64,000 bases of DNA from Balanoglossus misakiensis (taxonomy: Eukaryota; Animalia; Hemichordata), in the NCBI GenBank assembly GCA_040954595.2, contig CM082578.2, forward strand, positions 587,740 to 651,739. The letters run 5' to 3'. Shown in pieces: positions 23,664 to 36,400 of this stretch. The translations under genes were made by a program, and so were the position numbers. Position 1 is the first letter of the stretch; each line of letters opens with the position of its first letter. The notes beneath the pieces are model-generated. The model had not been told where the DNA came from. It did no database searches and saw only the letters and a list, made by a program, of their open reading frames with translations.

Positions 23664-26423
23664 AGGCTGATCCATTCTGAATGACTTAATTCATAAGGCA
23701 TTATCAGAATCCGAAGCCAACAATGTTCCAGAATGTTATTACATGAAGTCAGGAATTTTAATGAGAAAGTGGAGACCACCGTCTGTTCCTGCTGATCAGG
23801 ATTGGTTGGTGAAAAATCAAATAGTGGTACCTGCATGTTATCGTCCTGAAATTCTGCGTTTGGCCCACGAAATTCCTATGGCTGGGCATTTGGGCATTCG
23901 AAAAACACAGTGCAGGGTTATGGCTCATTTTTATTGGCCAAAATTGCATCAGGATGTTGTTGAATTTTGCAAAACCTGTCATACGTGTCAGCTGTTAGGC
24001 AAACCCCAGCCGGCGATCAAACCCGCTCCATTAATTCCAATTCCTGCGTTCGGCGAACCCTTCAGTAAGGTTCTAATTGATTGTGTGGGCCCTTTGCCGA
24101 GAACCAAATCTGGTAATAAATATCTTTTGACAATTTTAGACACCTCGACCAGATTTCCTGAGGCTATTCCTTTGAAAAACATCTCTACCAAAGTAGTAGT
24201 TGACGCGCTAATGCATTTCTTCACACGATATGGTTTGCCCAAGGAGGTCCAAACAGATCAAGGGTCCAACTTTATGTCTGGTTTATTTCAGGAAGTGTTG
24301 TGTCAATTCGGGGTTACACAGTTGCATTCGTCGGCCTACCATCCTCAATCTCAAGGTGCGTTGGAAAGGTATCACCAAACGCTAAAGAATATGTTGAAGG
24401 CATACTGCTTGGAATACCCTGGGGATTGGGATAAGGGCGTTGCATTTGTATTATTTGCCACAAGGGATGCCCCTAACGAATCAACTGGTTTTACTCCCTT
24501 TGAACTCGTATATGGTCATGAAGTCAGGGGCCCTCTTAAATTCATCAAAGAGAGATTGCTTAATGAACAGGATGATGTCAACCTCCTGGATTACGTTTCC
24601 AAATTTCGAGAACGTTTGACTAAGGCCTGTGATTTGGCTGGACACCATCTGAAACTGTCTCAGCAAACCATGAAGAGGTATTATGATAGGGATAGTCAAT
24701 TTCGCAAATTTAAAGTTGGTGACAAAGTTCTAGTTTTGTTACCTATACCAGGTGAACCATTATCCGCTAAATTCAGGGGGCCCTATGAAGTAGAAAAGAA
24801 ATTGAATAGTGTGAATTATGTTATCCGAACCCCTGACAGACGCAAGACACGCAGGGTTTGTCATATTAATATGTTGAAGCTGTATTTTGTTCGTGAAGGT
24901 GACCATAAGCATTCCGTTGGTTTGGCTGCTGCTGTCAACAATATGGATGTTCACAATGTCGATTGCAATGATACAGAATGTGTTGAGTTTGAGGTGACTG
25001 AAGTTGATTCTTTGACGGGAAAATTGTCTAATTCGGAAGCACTTGCTAATTTACAGTCTACTTTGTGTCACTTGCCTGAGAATGAAAGGGCTGGCATTGT
25101 CAAACTTATAAATGAATATAAACCTCTGTTTTCCGATGAACCGGGTTGCACGTCCATAGCTGAACATGACGTAGACGTCGGCAATGAACCACCTATCAAA
25201 CAACACCCCTATAGGTTAAATCCTTATAAAGCAGCCAAAGTTGAGGAGGAATTGCAGTATATGTTGGACCACGACCTAATTGAACCAAGTGAGAGTAGTT
25301 GGAGCTCTCCAGTAGTGTTAGTACCAAAGCCAGACAAGTCTTTGAGATTTTGCATAGATTATCGCAAGGTAAATGCTGTTACGCGTACTGATTCCTATCC
25401 ACTTCCTCGAATTGAGGATTGCATTGACAAAATTGGTACAGCCAAGTATGTAACCAAAATTGATTTGTTGAAAGGTTATTGGCAAGTACCTTTGTCTAAC
25501 AGAGCCAGGAAAATTTCTGCTTTCATTACTCCAAACGGATTGTACCAGTTTAAAGTAATGCCCTTTGGCATGAAAAATGCCCCGGCTACATTTCAAAGGT
25601 TGATGAACAAGGTCACAGCCGGTTTAGCATATTGTGTTGTGTATATTGATGATATTCTGGTTTTCAGTGACACATGGGAAGATCATGTAACCCATTTAAG
25701 GAATCTGTTTCAGCGGCTTCACGAGGCTAATCTGGTGGTTAATCTGTCAAAGAGTGGTTTTGCCAAAGCCAAAGTGGTTTATCTTGGGCATGTCATAGGT
25801 GAAGGCAGAGTGTCTCCAAGACAAGCGAAAATTCAAGACATCATAGAGTTTCCAGTGCCTACAAATAAGCGAGAATTACGTCGTTTTCTAGGCGTGTCGG
25901 GGTTTTATCGGAAATTTTGTGCAAATTATAGCACCATTGTTGCTCCTCTCACTAATTCGATTCGACCGATTCGTGTCAAAATGCATTCGATGTAATAAAA
26001 GCAGTTCTAGCAAGTGAGCCAGTGCTTACGGCTCCAGATTTCTACAAGCCGTTTAAATTGGCTATTGATGCCAGTGATGTTGGTATCGGTGCCGTCTTAT
26101 TGCAGGATGATGAATCAGGTATCGAGAAACCTGTCAGTTATTTTTCGAGAAAACTAAACCGTCACCAAAGAGTGTATTCTACCATTGAGAAAGAGGCTTT
26201 AAGCCTAGTGTCTGCTCTTCAGCATTTTGAAATTTATGTGACTAATGGGGTAGGTGATGTTACTGTTTACACAGATCACAACCCACTTGTATTTCTTGAC
26301 AAGTTCAAAACAAAGAGTAACAGGTTGTTTCGCTGGAGTTTGTTGCTTCAGCCTTATTCAATTAAAGTCGTACATATTTCTGGAAAAGAAAATGTCATTG
26401 CAGATGCACTATCCAGAGTTTAG
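23664..26423 (+). pseudogene. pol: pol of element 2: integrase (HHCC, DDE, GPY), reverse transcriptase, RNase H
   Basis: AHEIPMAGHLG...CKTCHTC; IDCVGP/TDQGSNF/LERYHQ; FRGPY; YIDDILVFS; DASDVGIGAV...TDHNPL...ADALSR; frameshifts near 23673 and 25955. Confidence 0.95.
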
Positions 26424-26546
26424 AATGTATAACAGGATAGCTTTTTGAAATGATTCTTGAATGATTCTTGAAATGATGTTTTTGAAATAATTAACATATG
26501 TGATTACCCCTTGAAAAACGTCACCATGGTAACGTTTTTCTTTTCT

Positions 26547-26557
26547 GAGGGGGGAGG
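26547..26557 (+). promoter_or_regulatory. Polypurine tract of element 2
   Basis: gaggggggagg directly before the 3' LTR. Confidence 0.88.
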
Positions 26558-27411
26558 TGTTACGTAGGTTCAGTCTGCTATTGTTTTGTGACCAGGTGTG
26601 TTTTTCGTGTGCGTTTCGTTTGCTTTCTTTATTTGAATATTTAAGTAACCAGGTGTGAGGAATTAATTTTTGGCTAGTATAAAAGCCCGCTCGTTGCCAC
26701 GTTGTGCGAGTGGATGTTAATTTGACCTGGAGGACGTGCTGCTCGTTTGAACCGTCTTGGAAGCTGTGGCTGCTCTTCTGAACAAGTTGTAAGTCGTGCT
26801 GTTTCGTGTGGAGCGGACTTTTGAAGCGGACTTTTGTGGAGCAGACTTTTGCGGACTTTTGTGGAGCAGACTTTTGCGGACTTTTGTGGAACCAGTTGGA
26901 GCTGGACTTTTGCCTGGACCGCCGTGTCGCTGTGTCTACGCTGAACTGCCGCCGAGTTGGAGCTGTCGTTGTGTCTACGCTGAACTGCCACCGAGTTGGA
27001 GCTGTCGTTGTGTCTACGCTGAACTGCCGCCGAGTTGGAGCTGTCGCCGTGTCGCTGTGTCTACACTGAATTATCGCTGAGTTGCTGTGTCTACGTGTCC
27101 TCCGTCAAGTCAGCGGAACGTTCTAGCGGACATTGGACTTGTTCTGTTTCAGTTTATGCACACCTGGTCACGTTTAAAAAGGTAGTTCACTTGTTTCTTG
27201 TGTGTTTCTTTAGTTTATAATATTTAATGTTCACGATTACTTTAGTTATTATTAAATTCGTTATAAATAAGGTGATTTGCTGGTTGATGTGACTTTTGTT
27301 GACCAACTTTGTTGCGTGCGGCGCTGGTTTGGTTCCTTACAAAGTACGCCATCAGGCTAGTGTGTTTATTGCTCGCCCTGTTTCGGCTGGAACGGCCAGC
27401 GTGTCGTAACA
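26558..27411 (+). repeat. 3' LTR of element 2 (854 bp)
   Basis: About 7 substitutions and 1 indel versus the 5' LTR (by eye). Confidence 0.95.
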
Positions 27412-30400
27412 GCGGTCTTACCCGTCATTGGCACAAACAGTCTCAGGAAGTAAGCTTTCAGCCTACCAATGTAGCTATTGTATTTTCAACTTTTTGTAAG
27501 TGAAGCCTGACTGTCGCCTGTCTTAGGTAACAACTTCATAAGAGGTCTTACCCGTCATTGGCACAAACAGACTCAGGAAGTAAGCTTTCAGCCTACCAAT
27601 GTAGCTATTGTATTTTCCACTTTTCGTAAGTGAAGCCTGACTGTCGCCTGTCTTAGGTCACCACTTCATAAGAGGTCTTACCCGTCATTGGCACAAACAG
27701 TCTCAGGAAGTAAGCTTTCAGCCTACCAATGTAGCTATTGTATTTTCCACTTTTTGTAAGTGAAGCCTGACTGTCGCCTGTCTTAGGTCACCACTTCATA
27801 AGAGGTCTTACACGTCATTGGTACAAACAGTCTCAGGAAGTAAGCTTTCAGCCTACCAATGTAGCTATTATATTTTCCACTTTTTGTAAGTGAAGCCTGA
27901 CTGTCGCCTGTCTTAGGTCACCACTTCATAAGCGGTCTTACCCGTCATTGGCACATACAGTCTCAGGAAGTTAGCTTTCAATCTACCAATGTAGCTATTA
28001 TATTTTCCACTTTTTGTAAGTGAAGCCTGACTGTCGCCTGTCTTAGGTCACCACTTCATAAGAGGTCTTACCCGTCATTGGCACAAACAGTCTCAGGAAG
28101 TAAGCTTTCGGCCTATCAATGTAGCTATTGTATTTTCAACTTTTTGTAAGTGAAGCCTGACTGTCGCCTGTCTTAGGTCACCACTTCATAAGAGGTCTTA
28201 CCCGTCATTGGCACAAACAGACAGGAAGTAAGCTTTCAGCCTACCAATGTAGCTTTTGTATTTTCAACTGTTTGTAAGTGAAGCCTGACTGTCGCCTGTC
28301 TTAGGTCACCACTTCATAAGAGGTCTTACCCGTCATTGGCACAAACAGTCTCAGGAAGTAAGCTTTCAGCCTACCAATGTAGCTATTATATTTTCCACTT
28401 TTTGTAAGTGAAGCCTGAGTGTCGCCTGTCTTAGGTCACCACTTCATAAGAGGTCTTATCCGTCATTGGCACAAACAGTCTCAGGAAGTAAGCTTTCAGC
28501 CTACCAATGTAGCTATTATATTTTCCACTTTTTGTAAGTGAAGCCTGACTGTCGCCTGTCTTAGGTCATCACTTCATAAGAGGTCTTACCCGTCATTGGC
28601 ACAAACAGTCTCAGGAAGTAAGCTTTCAGCCTACCAATGTAGCTATTGTATTTTCAACTTTTTGTAAGTGAAGCCTGACTGTCGCCTGTCTTAGGTCACC
28701 ACTTCATAAGAGGTCTTACCCGTCATTGGCACAAACAGTCTCAGGAAGTAAGCTTTCAGCCTACTAATGTAGCTATTATATTTTCCACTTTTTGTAAGTG
28801 AAGCCTGACTGTCGCCTGTCTTAGGTCACCACTTCATAAGCGGTCTTACCCGTCATTGGCACAAACAGTCTCAGGAAGTAAGCTTTCAGCCTACCAATGT
28901 AGCTATTGTATTTTCCACTTTTTGTAAGTGAAGCCTGACTGTTGCCTGTCTTAGGTCACCCCTTCATAAGTGTTCTTACCCGTCATTGGCACAAACAGTC
29001 TCAGGAAGTAAGCTTTCAGCCTACCAATATAGCTATTATATTTTCCACTTTTTGTAAGTGAAGCCTGACTGTCGCCTGTCTTAGGTCACCACTTCATACG
29101 CGGTCTTACCCGTCATTGGCACAAACAGTCTCAGGAAGTTAGCTTTCAGCCTACCAATGTAGCTATTATATTTTCCACTTTTTGTAAGTGAAGCCTGACT
29201 GTCGCCTGTCTTAGGTCACCACTTCATAAGAGGTCTTACCCGTCATTGGCACAAACAGTCTCAGGAAGTAAGCTTTCAGCCTACCAATGTAGCTATTGTA
29301 TTTTCAACTTTTTGTAAGTGAAGCCTGACTGTCGCCTGTCTTAGGTAACAACTTCATAAGAGGTCTTACCCGTCATTGGCACAAACAGTCTCAGGAAGTA
29401 AGCTTTCAGCCTACCAATATAGCTATTATATTTTCCACTCTTTGTAAGTGAAGCCTGACTGTCGCCTGTCTTAGGTCACCACTTCATACGCGGTCTTACC
29501 CGTCATTGGCACAAACAGTCTCAGGAAGTTAGCTTTCAGCCTACCAATGTAGCTATTATATTTTCCACTTTTTGTAAGTGAAGCCTGACTGTCGCCTGTC
29601 TTAGGTCACCACTTCATAAGAGGTCTTACCCGTCATTGGCACAAACAGTCTCAGGAAGTAAGCTTTCAGCCTACCAATGTAGCTATTGTATTTTCAACTT
29701 TTTGTAAGTGAAGCCTGACTGTCGCCTGTCTTAGGTAACAACTTCATAAGAGGTCTTACCCGTCATTGGCACAAACAGACTCAGGAAGTAAGCTTTCAGC
29801 CTACCAATGTAGCTATTGTATTTTCAACTTTTTGTAAGTGAAGCCTGACTGTCGCCTGTCTTAGGTCACCACTTCATAAGAGGTATTACCCGTCATTGGC
29901 ACAAACAGTCTCAGGAAGTAAGCTTTCAGCCTACCAATGTAGTTATTGTATTTTCAACTTTTTGTAAGTAAAGCCTGACTGTCGCCTGTCTTAGGTCACC
30001 ACTTCATAACAGGTCTTACCCGTCATTGGCACAAACAGTCTCAGGAAGTAAGCTTTCAGCCTACCAATGTAGCTATTATATTTTCCACTTTTTGTAAGTG
30101 AAGCCTGACTGTCGCCTGTCTTAGGTAACAACTTCATAAGAGGTCTTACCCGTCATTGGCACAAACAGACTCAGGAAGTAAGCTTTCAGCCTACCAATGT
30201 AGCTATTGTATATTCCACTTTTTGTAAGTGAAGCCTGACTGTCGCCTGTCTTAGGTCACCACTTCATAAGAGGTCTTACCCGTCATTGGCACAAACAGTC
30301 TCAGGAAGTAAGCTTTCAGCCTACCAATGTAGTTATTGTATTTTCAACTTTTTGTAAGTAAAGCCTGACTGTCGCCTGTCTTAGGTCACCACTTCATAAG

Positions 30401-33400
30401 AGGTCTTACCCGTCATTGGCACAAACAGTCTCAGGAAGTAAGCTTTCAGCCTACCAATGTAGCTATTATATTTTCCACTTTTTGTAAGTGAAGCCTGACT
30501 GTCGCCTGTCTTAGGTCACCACTTCATAAGCGGTCTTACCCGTCATTGGCACAAACAGTCTCAGGAAGTAAGCTTTCAGCCTACCAATGTAGCTATTGTA
30601 TTTTCCACTTTTTGTAAGTGAAGCCTGACTGTTGCCTGTCTTAGGTCACCACTCCATAAGTGTTCTAACCCGTCATTGGCACAAACAGTCTCAGGAAGTA
30701 AGCTTTCAGCCTACCAATGTAGCTATTATATTTTCCACTTTTTGTAAGTGAAGCCTGACTGTCGCCTGTCTTAGGTCACCACTTCATAAGAGGTCTTACC
30801 CGTCATTGGCACAAACAGTCTCAGGAAGTAAGCTTTCAGCCTACCAATGTAGCTATTATATTTTCCACTTTTTGTAAGTGAAGCCTGACTGTCGCCTGTC
30901 TTAGGTCACCACTTCATAAGCGGTCTTACCCGTCATTGGCACAAACAGTCTCAGGAAGTAAGCTTTCAGCCTACCAATGTAGCTATTGTATTTTCCACTT
31001 TTTGTAAGTGAAGCCTGACTGTCGCCTGTCTTAGGTCACCACTTCATAAGCGGTCTTACCCGTCATTGGCACAAACAGTCTCAGGAAGTAAGCTTTCAGC
31101 CTACCAATGTAGCTATTGTATTTTCCACTTTTTGTAAGTGAAGCCTGACTGTCGCCTGTCTTAGGTCACCACTTCATAAGTGTTCTTACCCGTCATTGGC
31201 ACAAACAGTCTCAGGAAGTAAGCTTTCAGCCTACCAATGTAGCTATTATATTTTCCACTTTTTGTAAGTGAAGCATGACTGTCGCCTGTCTTAGGTCACC
31301 ACTTCATAAGCGGTCTTACCCGTCATTGGCACATACAGTCTCAGGAAGTTAGCTTTCAGCCTACCAATGTAGCTATTATATTTTCCACTTTTTGTAAGTG
31401 AAGCCTTACTGTCGCCTGTCTTAGGTCACCACTTCATAAGAGGTCTTACCCGTCATTGGCACAAACAGACAGGAAGTAAGCTTTCAGCCTACCAATGTAG
31501 CTTTTGTATTTTCAACTGTTTGTAAGTGAAGCCTGACTGTCGCCTGTCTTAGGTCACCACTTCATAAGCGGTCTTACCCGTCATTGGCACAAACAGTCTC
31601 AGGAAGTAAGCTTTCAGCCTACCAATGTAGCTATTGTATTTTCCACTTTTTGTAAGTGAAGCCTGACTGTTGCCTGTCTTAGGTCACCACTTCATAAGTG
31701 TTCTTACCCGTCATTGGCACAAACAGTCTCAGGAAGTAAGCTTTCAGCCTACCAATGTAGCTATTATATTTTCCACTTTTTGTAAGTGAAGCCTGACTGT
31801 CGCCTGTCTTAGGTCACCACTTCATAAGCGGTCTTACCCGTCATTGGCACAAACAGTCTCAGGAAGTTAGCTTTCAGCCTACCAATGTAGCTATTATATT
31901 TTCAACTTTTTGTAAGTGAAGCCTGACTGTCGCCTGTCTTAGTTCACCACTTCATAAGAGGTCTTACCCGTCATTGGCACAAACAGACAGGAAATAAGCT
32001 TTCAGCCTACCAATGTAGCTATTGTATTTTCCACTTTTTGTAAGTGAAGCCTGACTGTCGCCTGTCTTAGGTCACCACTTCATAAGAGGTCTTACCCGTC
32101 ATTGGCACAAACAGTCTCAGGAAGTAAGCTTTCAGCCTACCAATGTAGCTATTATATTTTCCACTTTTTGTAAGTGAAGCCTGACTGTCGCCTGTCTTAG
32201 GTCACCACTTCATAAGCGGTCTTACCCGTCATTGGCACAAACAGTCTCAGGAAGTAAGCTTTCAGCCTACCAATGTAGCTATTGTATTTTCCACTTTTTG
32301 TAAGTGAAGCCTGACTGTCGCCTGTCTTAGGTCACCACTTCATAAGCGGTCTTACCCGTCATTGGCACAAACAGTCTCAGGAAGTAAGCTTTCAGCCTAC
32401 CAATGTAGCTATTGTATTTTCCACTTTTTGTAAGTGAAGCCTGACTGTCGCCTGTCTTAGGTCACCACTTCATAAGTGTTCTTACCCGTCATTGGCACAA
32501 ACAGTCTCAGGAAGTAAGCTTTCAGCCTACCAATGTAGCTATTATATTTTCCACTTTTTGTAAGTGAAGCCTGACTGTCGCCTGTCTTAGGTCACCACTT
32601 CATAAGCGGTCTTACCCGTCATTGGCACATACAGTCTCAGGAAGTTAGCTTTCAATCTACCAATGTAGCTATTATATTTTCCACTTTTTGGAAGTGAAGC
32701 CTGACTGTCGCCTGTCTTAGGTCACCACTTCATAAGAGGTCTTACCCGTCATTGGCACAAACAGTCTCAGGAAGTAAGCTTTCAGCCTACCAATGTAGCT
32801 ATTGTATTTTCAACTTTTTGTAAGTGAAGCCTGACTGTCGCCTGTCTTAGGTCACCACTTCATAAGAGGTCTTACCCGTCATTGGCACAAACAGACAGGA
32901 AGTAAGCTTTCAGCCTACCAATGTAGCTTTTGTATTTTCAACTGTTTGTAAGTGAAGCCTGACTGTCGCCTGTCTTAGGTCACCACTTCATAAGAGGTCT
33001 TACCCGTCATTGGCACAAACAGTCTCAGGAAGTAAGCTTTCAGCCTACCAATGTAGCTATTATATTTTCCACTTTTTGTAAGTGAAGCCTGACTGTCGCC
33101 TGTCTTAGGTCACCACTTCATAAGAGGTGTTACCCGTCATTGGCACAAACAGTCTCAGGAAGTAAGCTTTCAGCCTACCAATGTAGCTATTGTATTTTCA
33201 ACTTTTTGTAAGTGAAGCCTGACTGTCGCCTGTCTTAGGTCACCACTTCATAAGAGGTCTTACCCGTCATTGGCACAAACAGACTCAGGAAGTAAGCTTT
33301 CAGCCTACCAATGTAGCTATTGTATTTTCAACTTTTTGTAAGTGAAGCCTGACTGTCGCCTGTCTTAGGTCACCACTTCATAAGAGGTCTTACCCGTCAT

Positions 33401-36400
33401 TGGCACAAACAGTCTCCGGAAGTAAGCTTTCAGCCTACCAATGTAGCTATTGTATTTTCCACTTTTTGTAAGTGAAGCCTGACTGTCACCTGTCTTAGGT
33501 CACCACTTCATAAGCGGTCTTACCCGTCATTGGCACAAACAGTCTCAGGAAGTAAGCTTTCAGCCTACCAATGTAGCTATTATATTTTCCACTTTTTGTA
33601 AGTGAAGCCTGACTGTCGCCTGTCTTAGTTCACCACTTCATAAGCGGTCTTACCCGTCATTGGCACAAACAGTCTCAGGAATTAAGCTTTCAGCATACCA
33701 ATGTAGCTATTATATTTACCACTTTTTGTAAGTGAAGCCTGACTGTCGCCTGTCTTAGGTCACCACCTCATAAGCGGTCTTACCCGTCATTGGCACAAAC
33801 AGTCTCAGGAAGTTAGCTTTCAGCCTACCAATGAAGCTATTATATTTTCCACTTTTTGTAAGTGAAGCCTGACTGTCGCCTGTCTTAGGTCACCGACTCA
33901 TAAGCGGTCTTACCCGTCATTGGCACAAACAGTCTCAGGAAGTAAGCTTTCAGCCTACCAATGTAGCTATTATATTTTCCACTTTTTGTAAGTGAAGCAT
34001 GACTGTCGCCTGTCTTAGGTCACCACTTCATAAGCGGTCTTACCCGTCATTGGCACAAACAGTCTCAGGAAGTAAGCTTTCAGCCTACCAATGTAGCTAT
34101 TATATTTTCCACATTTTGTAAGTGAAGCCTGACTGTCGCCTGTCTTAGGTCACCACTTCATAAGCGGTCTTACCCGTCATTGGCACAAACAGTCTCAGGA
34201 AGTAAGCTTTCAGCCTACCAATGTAGCTATTGTATTTTCCACTTTTTGTAAGTAAAGCCTGACTGTCGCCTGTCTTAGGTCACCACTTCATAAGAGGTCT
34301 TACCCGTCATTGGCACAAACAGTCTCAGGAAGTAAGCTTTCAGCCTACCAATGTAGCTATTGTATTTTCCACTTTTTGTAAGTGAAGCCTGACTGTCGCC
34401 TTTCTTAGGTCACCACTTCATAAGAGGTCTTACCCGTCATTGGCACAAACAGTCTCAGGAGGTAAGCTTTCAGCCTACCAATGTAGCTATTGTATTTTCC
34501 ACTTTTTGTAAGTGAAGCCTGACTGTCGCCTGTCTTAGGTCACCTCTTCATAAGCGGTCTTACCCGTCATTGGCACAAACAGTCTCAGGAAGTAAGCTTT
34601 CAGCCTACCAATGTAGCTATTGTATTTTCAACTTTTTGTAAGTGAAGCCTGACTGTCGCCTGTCTTAGGTCACCACTTCATAAGAGGTCTTACCCGTCAT
34701 TGGCACAAACAGCCTCAGGAAGTAAGCTTTCAGCCTACCAATGTAGCTATTGTATTTTCAACTTTTTGTAAGTGAAGCCTGACTGTCGCGTGTCTTAGGT
34801 CACCACTTCATAAGAGGTCTTACCCGTCATTGGCACAAACAGTCTCCGGAAGTAAGCTTTCAGCCTACCAATGTAGCTATTGTATTTTCCACTTTTTGTA
34901 AGTGAAGCCTGACTGTCGCCTGTCTTAGGTCACCACTTCATAAGCGGTCTTACCCGTCATTGGCACAAACAGTCTCAGGAAGTAAGCTTTCAGCCTACCA
35001 ATGTAGCTATTATATTTTCCACTTTTTGTAAGTGAAGCCTGACTGTCGCCTGTCTTAGTTCACCACTTCATAAGCGGTCTTACCCGTCATTGGCACAAAC
35101 AGTCTCAGGAATTAAGCTTTCAGCATACCAATGTAGCTATTATATTTACCACTTTTTGTAATTGAAGCCTGACTGTCGCCTGTCTTAGGTCACCACCTCA
35201 TAAGCGGTCTTACCCGTCATTGGCACAAACAGTCTCAGGAAGTTAGCTTTCAGCCTACCAATGAAGCTATTATATTTTCCACTTTTTGTAAGTGAAGCCT
35301 GACTGTCGCCTGTCTTAGGTCACCGACTCATAAGCGGTCTTGCCCGTCATTGGCACAAACAGTCTCAGGAAGTAAGCTTTCAGCCTACCAATGTAGCTAT
35401 TATATTTTCCACTTTTTGTAAGTGAAGCCTGACTGTCGCCTGTCTTAGGTCACCACTTCATAAGCGGTCTTACCCGTCATTGGCACAAACAGTCTCAGGA
35501 AGTAAGCTTTCAGCCTACCAATGTAGCTATTATATTTTCCACATTTTGTAAGTGAAGCCTGACTGTCGCCTGTCTTAGGTCACCACTTCATAAGCGGTCT
35601 TACCCGTCATTGGCACAAACAGTCTCAGGAAGTAAGCTTTCAGCCTACCAATGTAGCTATTGTATTTTCCACTTTTTGTAAGTAAAGCCTGACTGTCGCC
35701 TGTCTTAGGTCACCACTTCAAAAGAGGTCTTACCCGTCATTGGCACAAACAGTCTCAGGAAGTAAGCTTTCAGCCTACCAATGTAGCTATTGTATTTTCC
35801 ACTTTTTGTAAGTGAAGCCTGACTGTCGCCTTTCTTAGGTCACCACTTCATAAGAGGTCTTACCCGTCATTGGCACAAACAGTCTCAGGAGGTAAGCTTT
35901 CAGCCTACCAATGTAGCTATTGTATTTTCCACTTTTTGTAAGTGAAGCCTGACTGTCGCCTGTCTTAGGTCACCTCTTCATAAGCGGTCTTACCCGTCAT
36001 TGGCACAAACAGTCTCAGGAAGTAAGCTTTCAGCCTACCAATGTAGCTATTGTATTTTCAACTTTTTGTAAGTGAAGCCTGACTGTCGCCTGTCTTAGGT
36101 CACCACTTCATAAGAGGTCTTACACGTCATTGGCACAAACAGACTCAGGAAGTAAGCTTTCAGCCTACCAATGTAGCTATTGTATTTTCAACTTTTTGTA
36201 AGTGAAGCCTGACTGTCGCGTGTCTTAGGTCACCACTTCATAAGAGGTCTTACCCGTCATTGGCACAAACAGTCTCCGGAAGTAAGCTTTCAGCCTACCA
36301 ATGTAGCTATTGTATTTTCCACTTTTTGTAAGTGAAGCCTGACTGTCGCCTGTCTTAGGTCACCACTTCATAAGCGGTCTTACCCGTCATTGGCACAAAC

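Larger units (their letters stand above)
16609..27411 (+). mobile_element. Gypsy Gmr1-like LTR retrotransposon 2, near full length, inserted in the satellite
   Basis: Two ~99% identical LTRs TGTTACG...CGTAACA, 4-bp TSD GCGG (16605-16608, 27412-27415), PBS, gag-PR-INT-RT-RH order, PPT. Confidence 0.96.
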
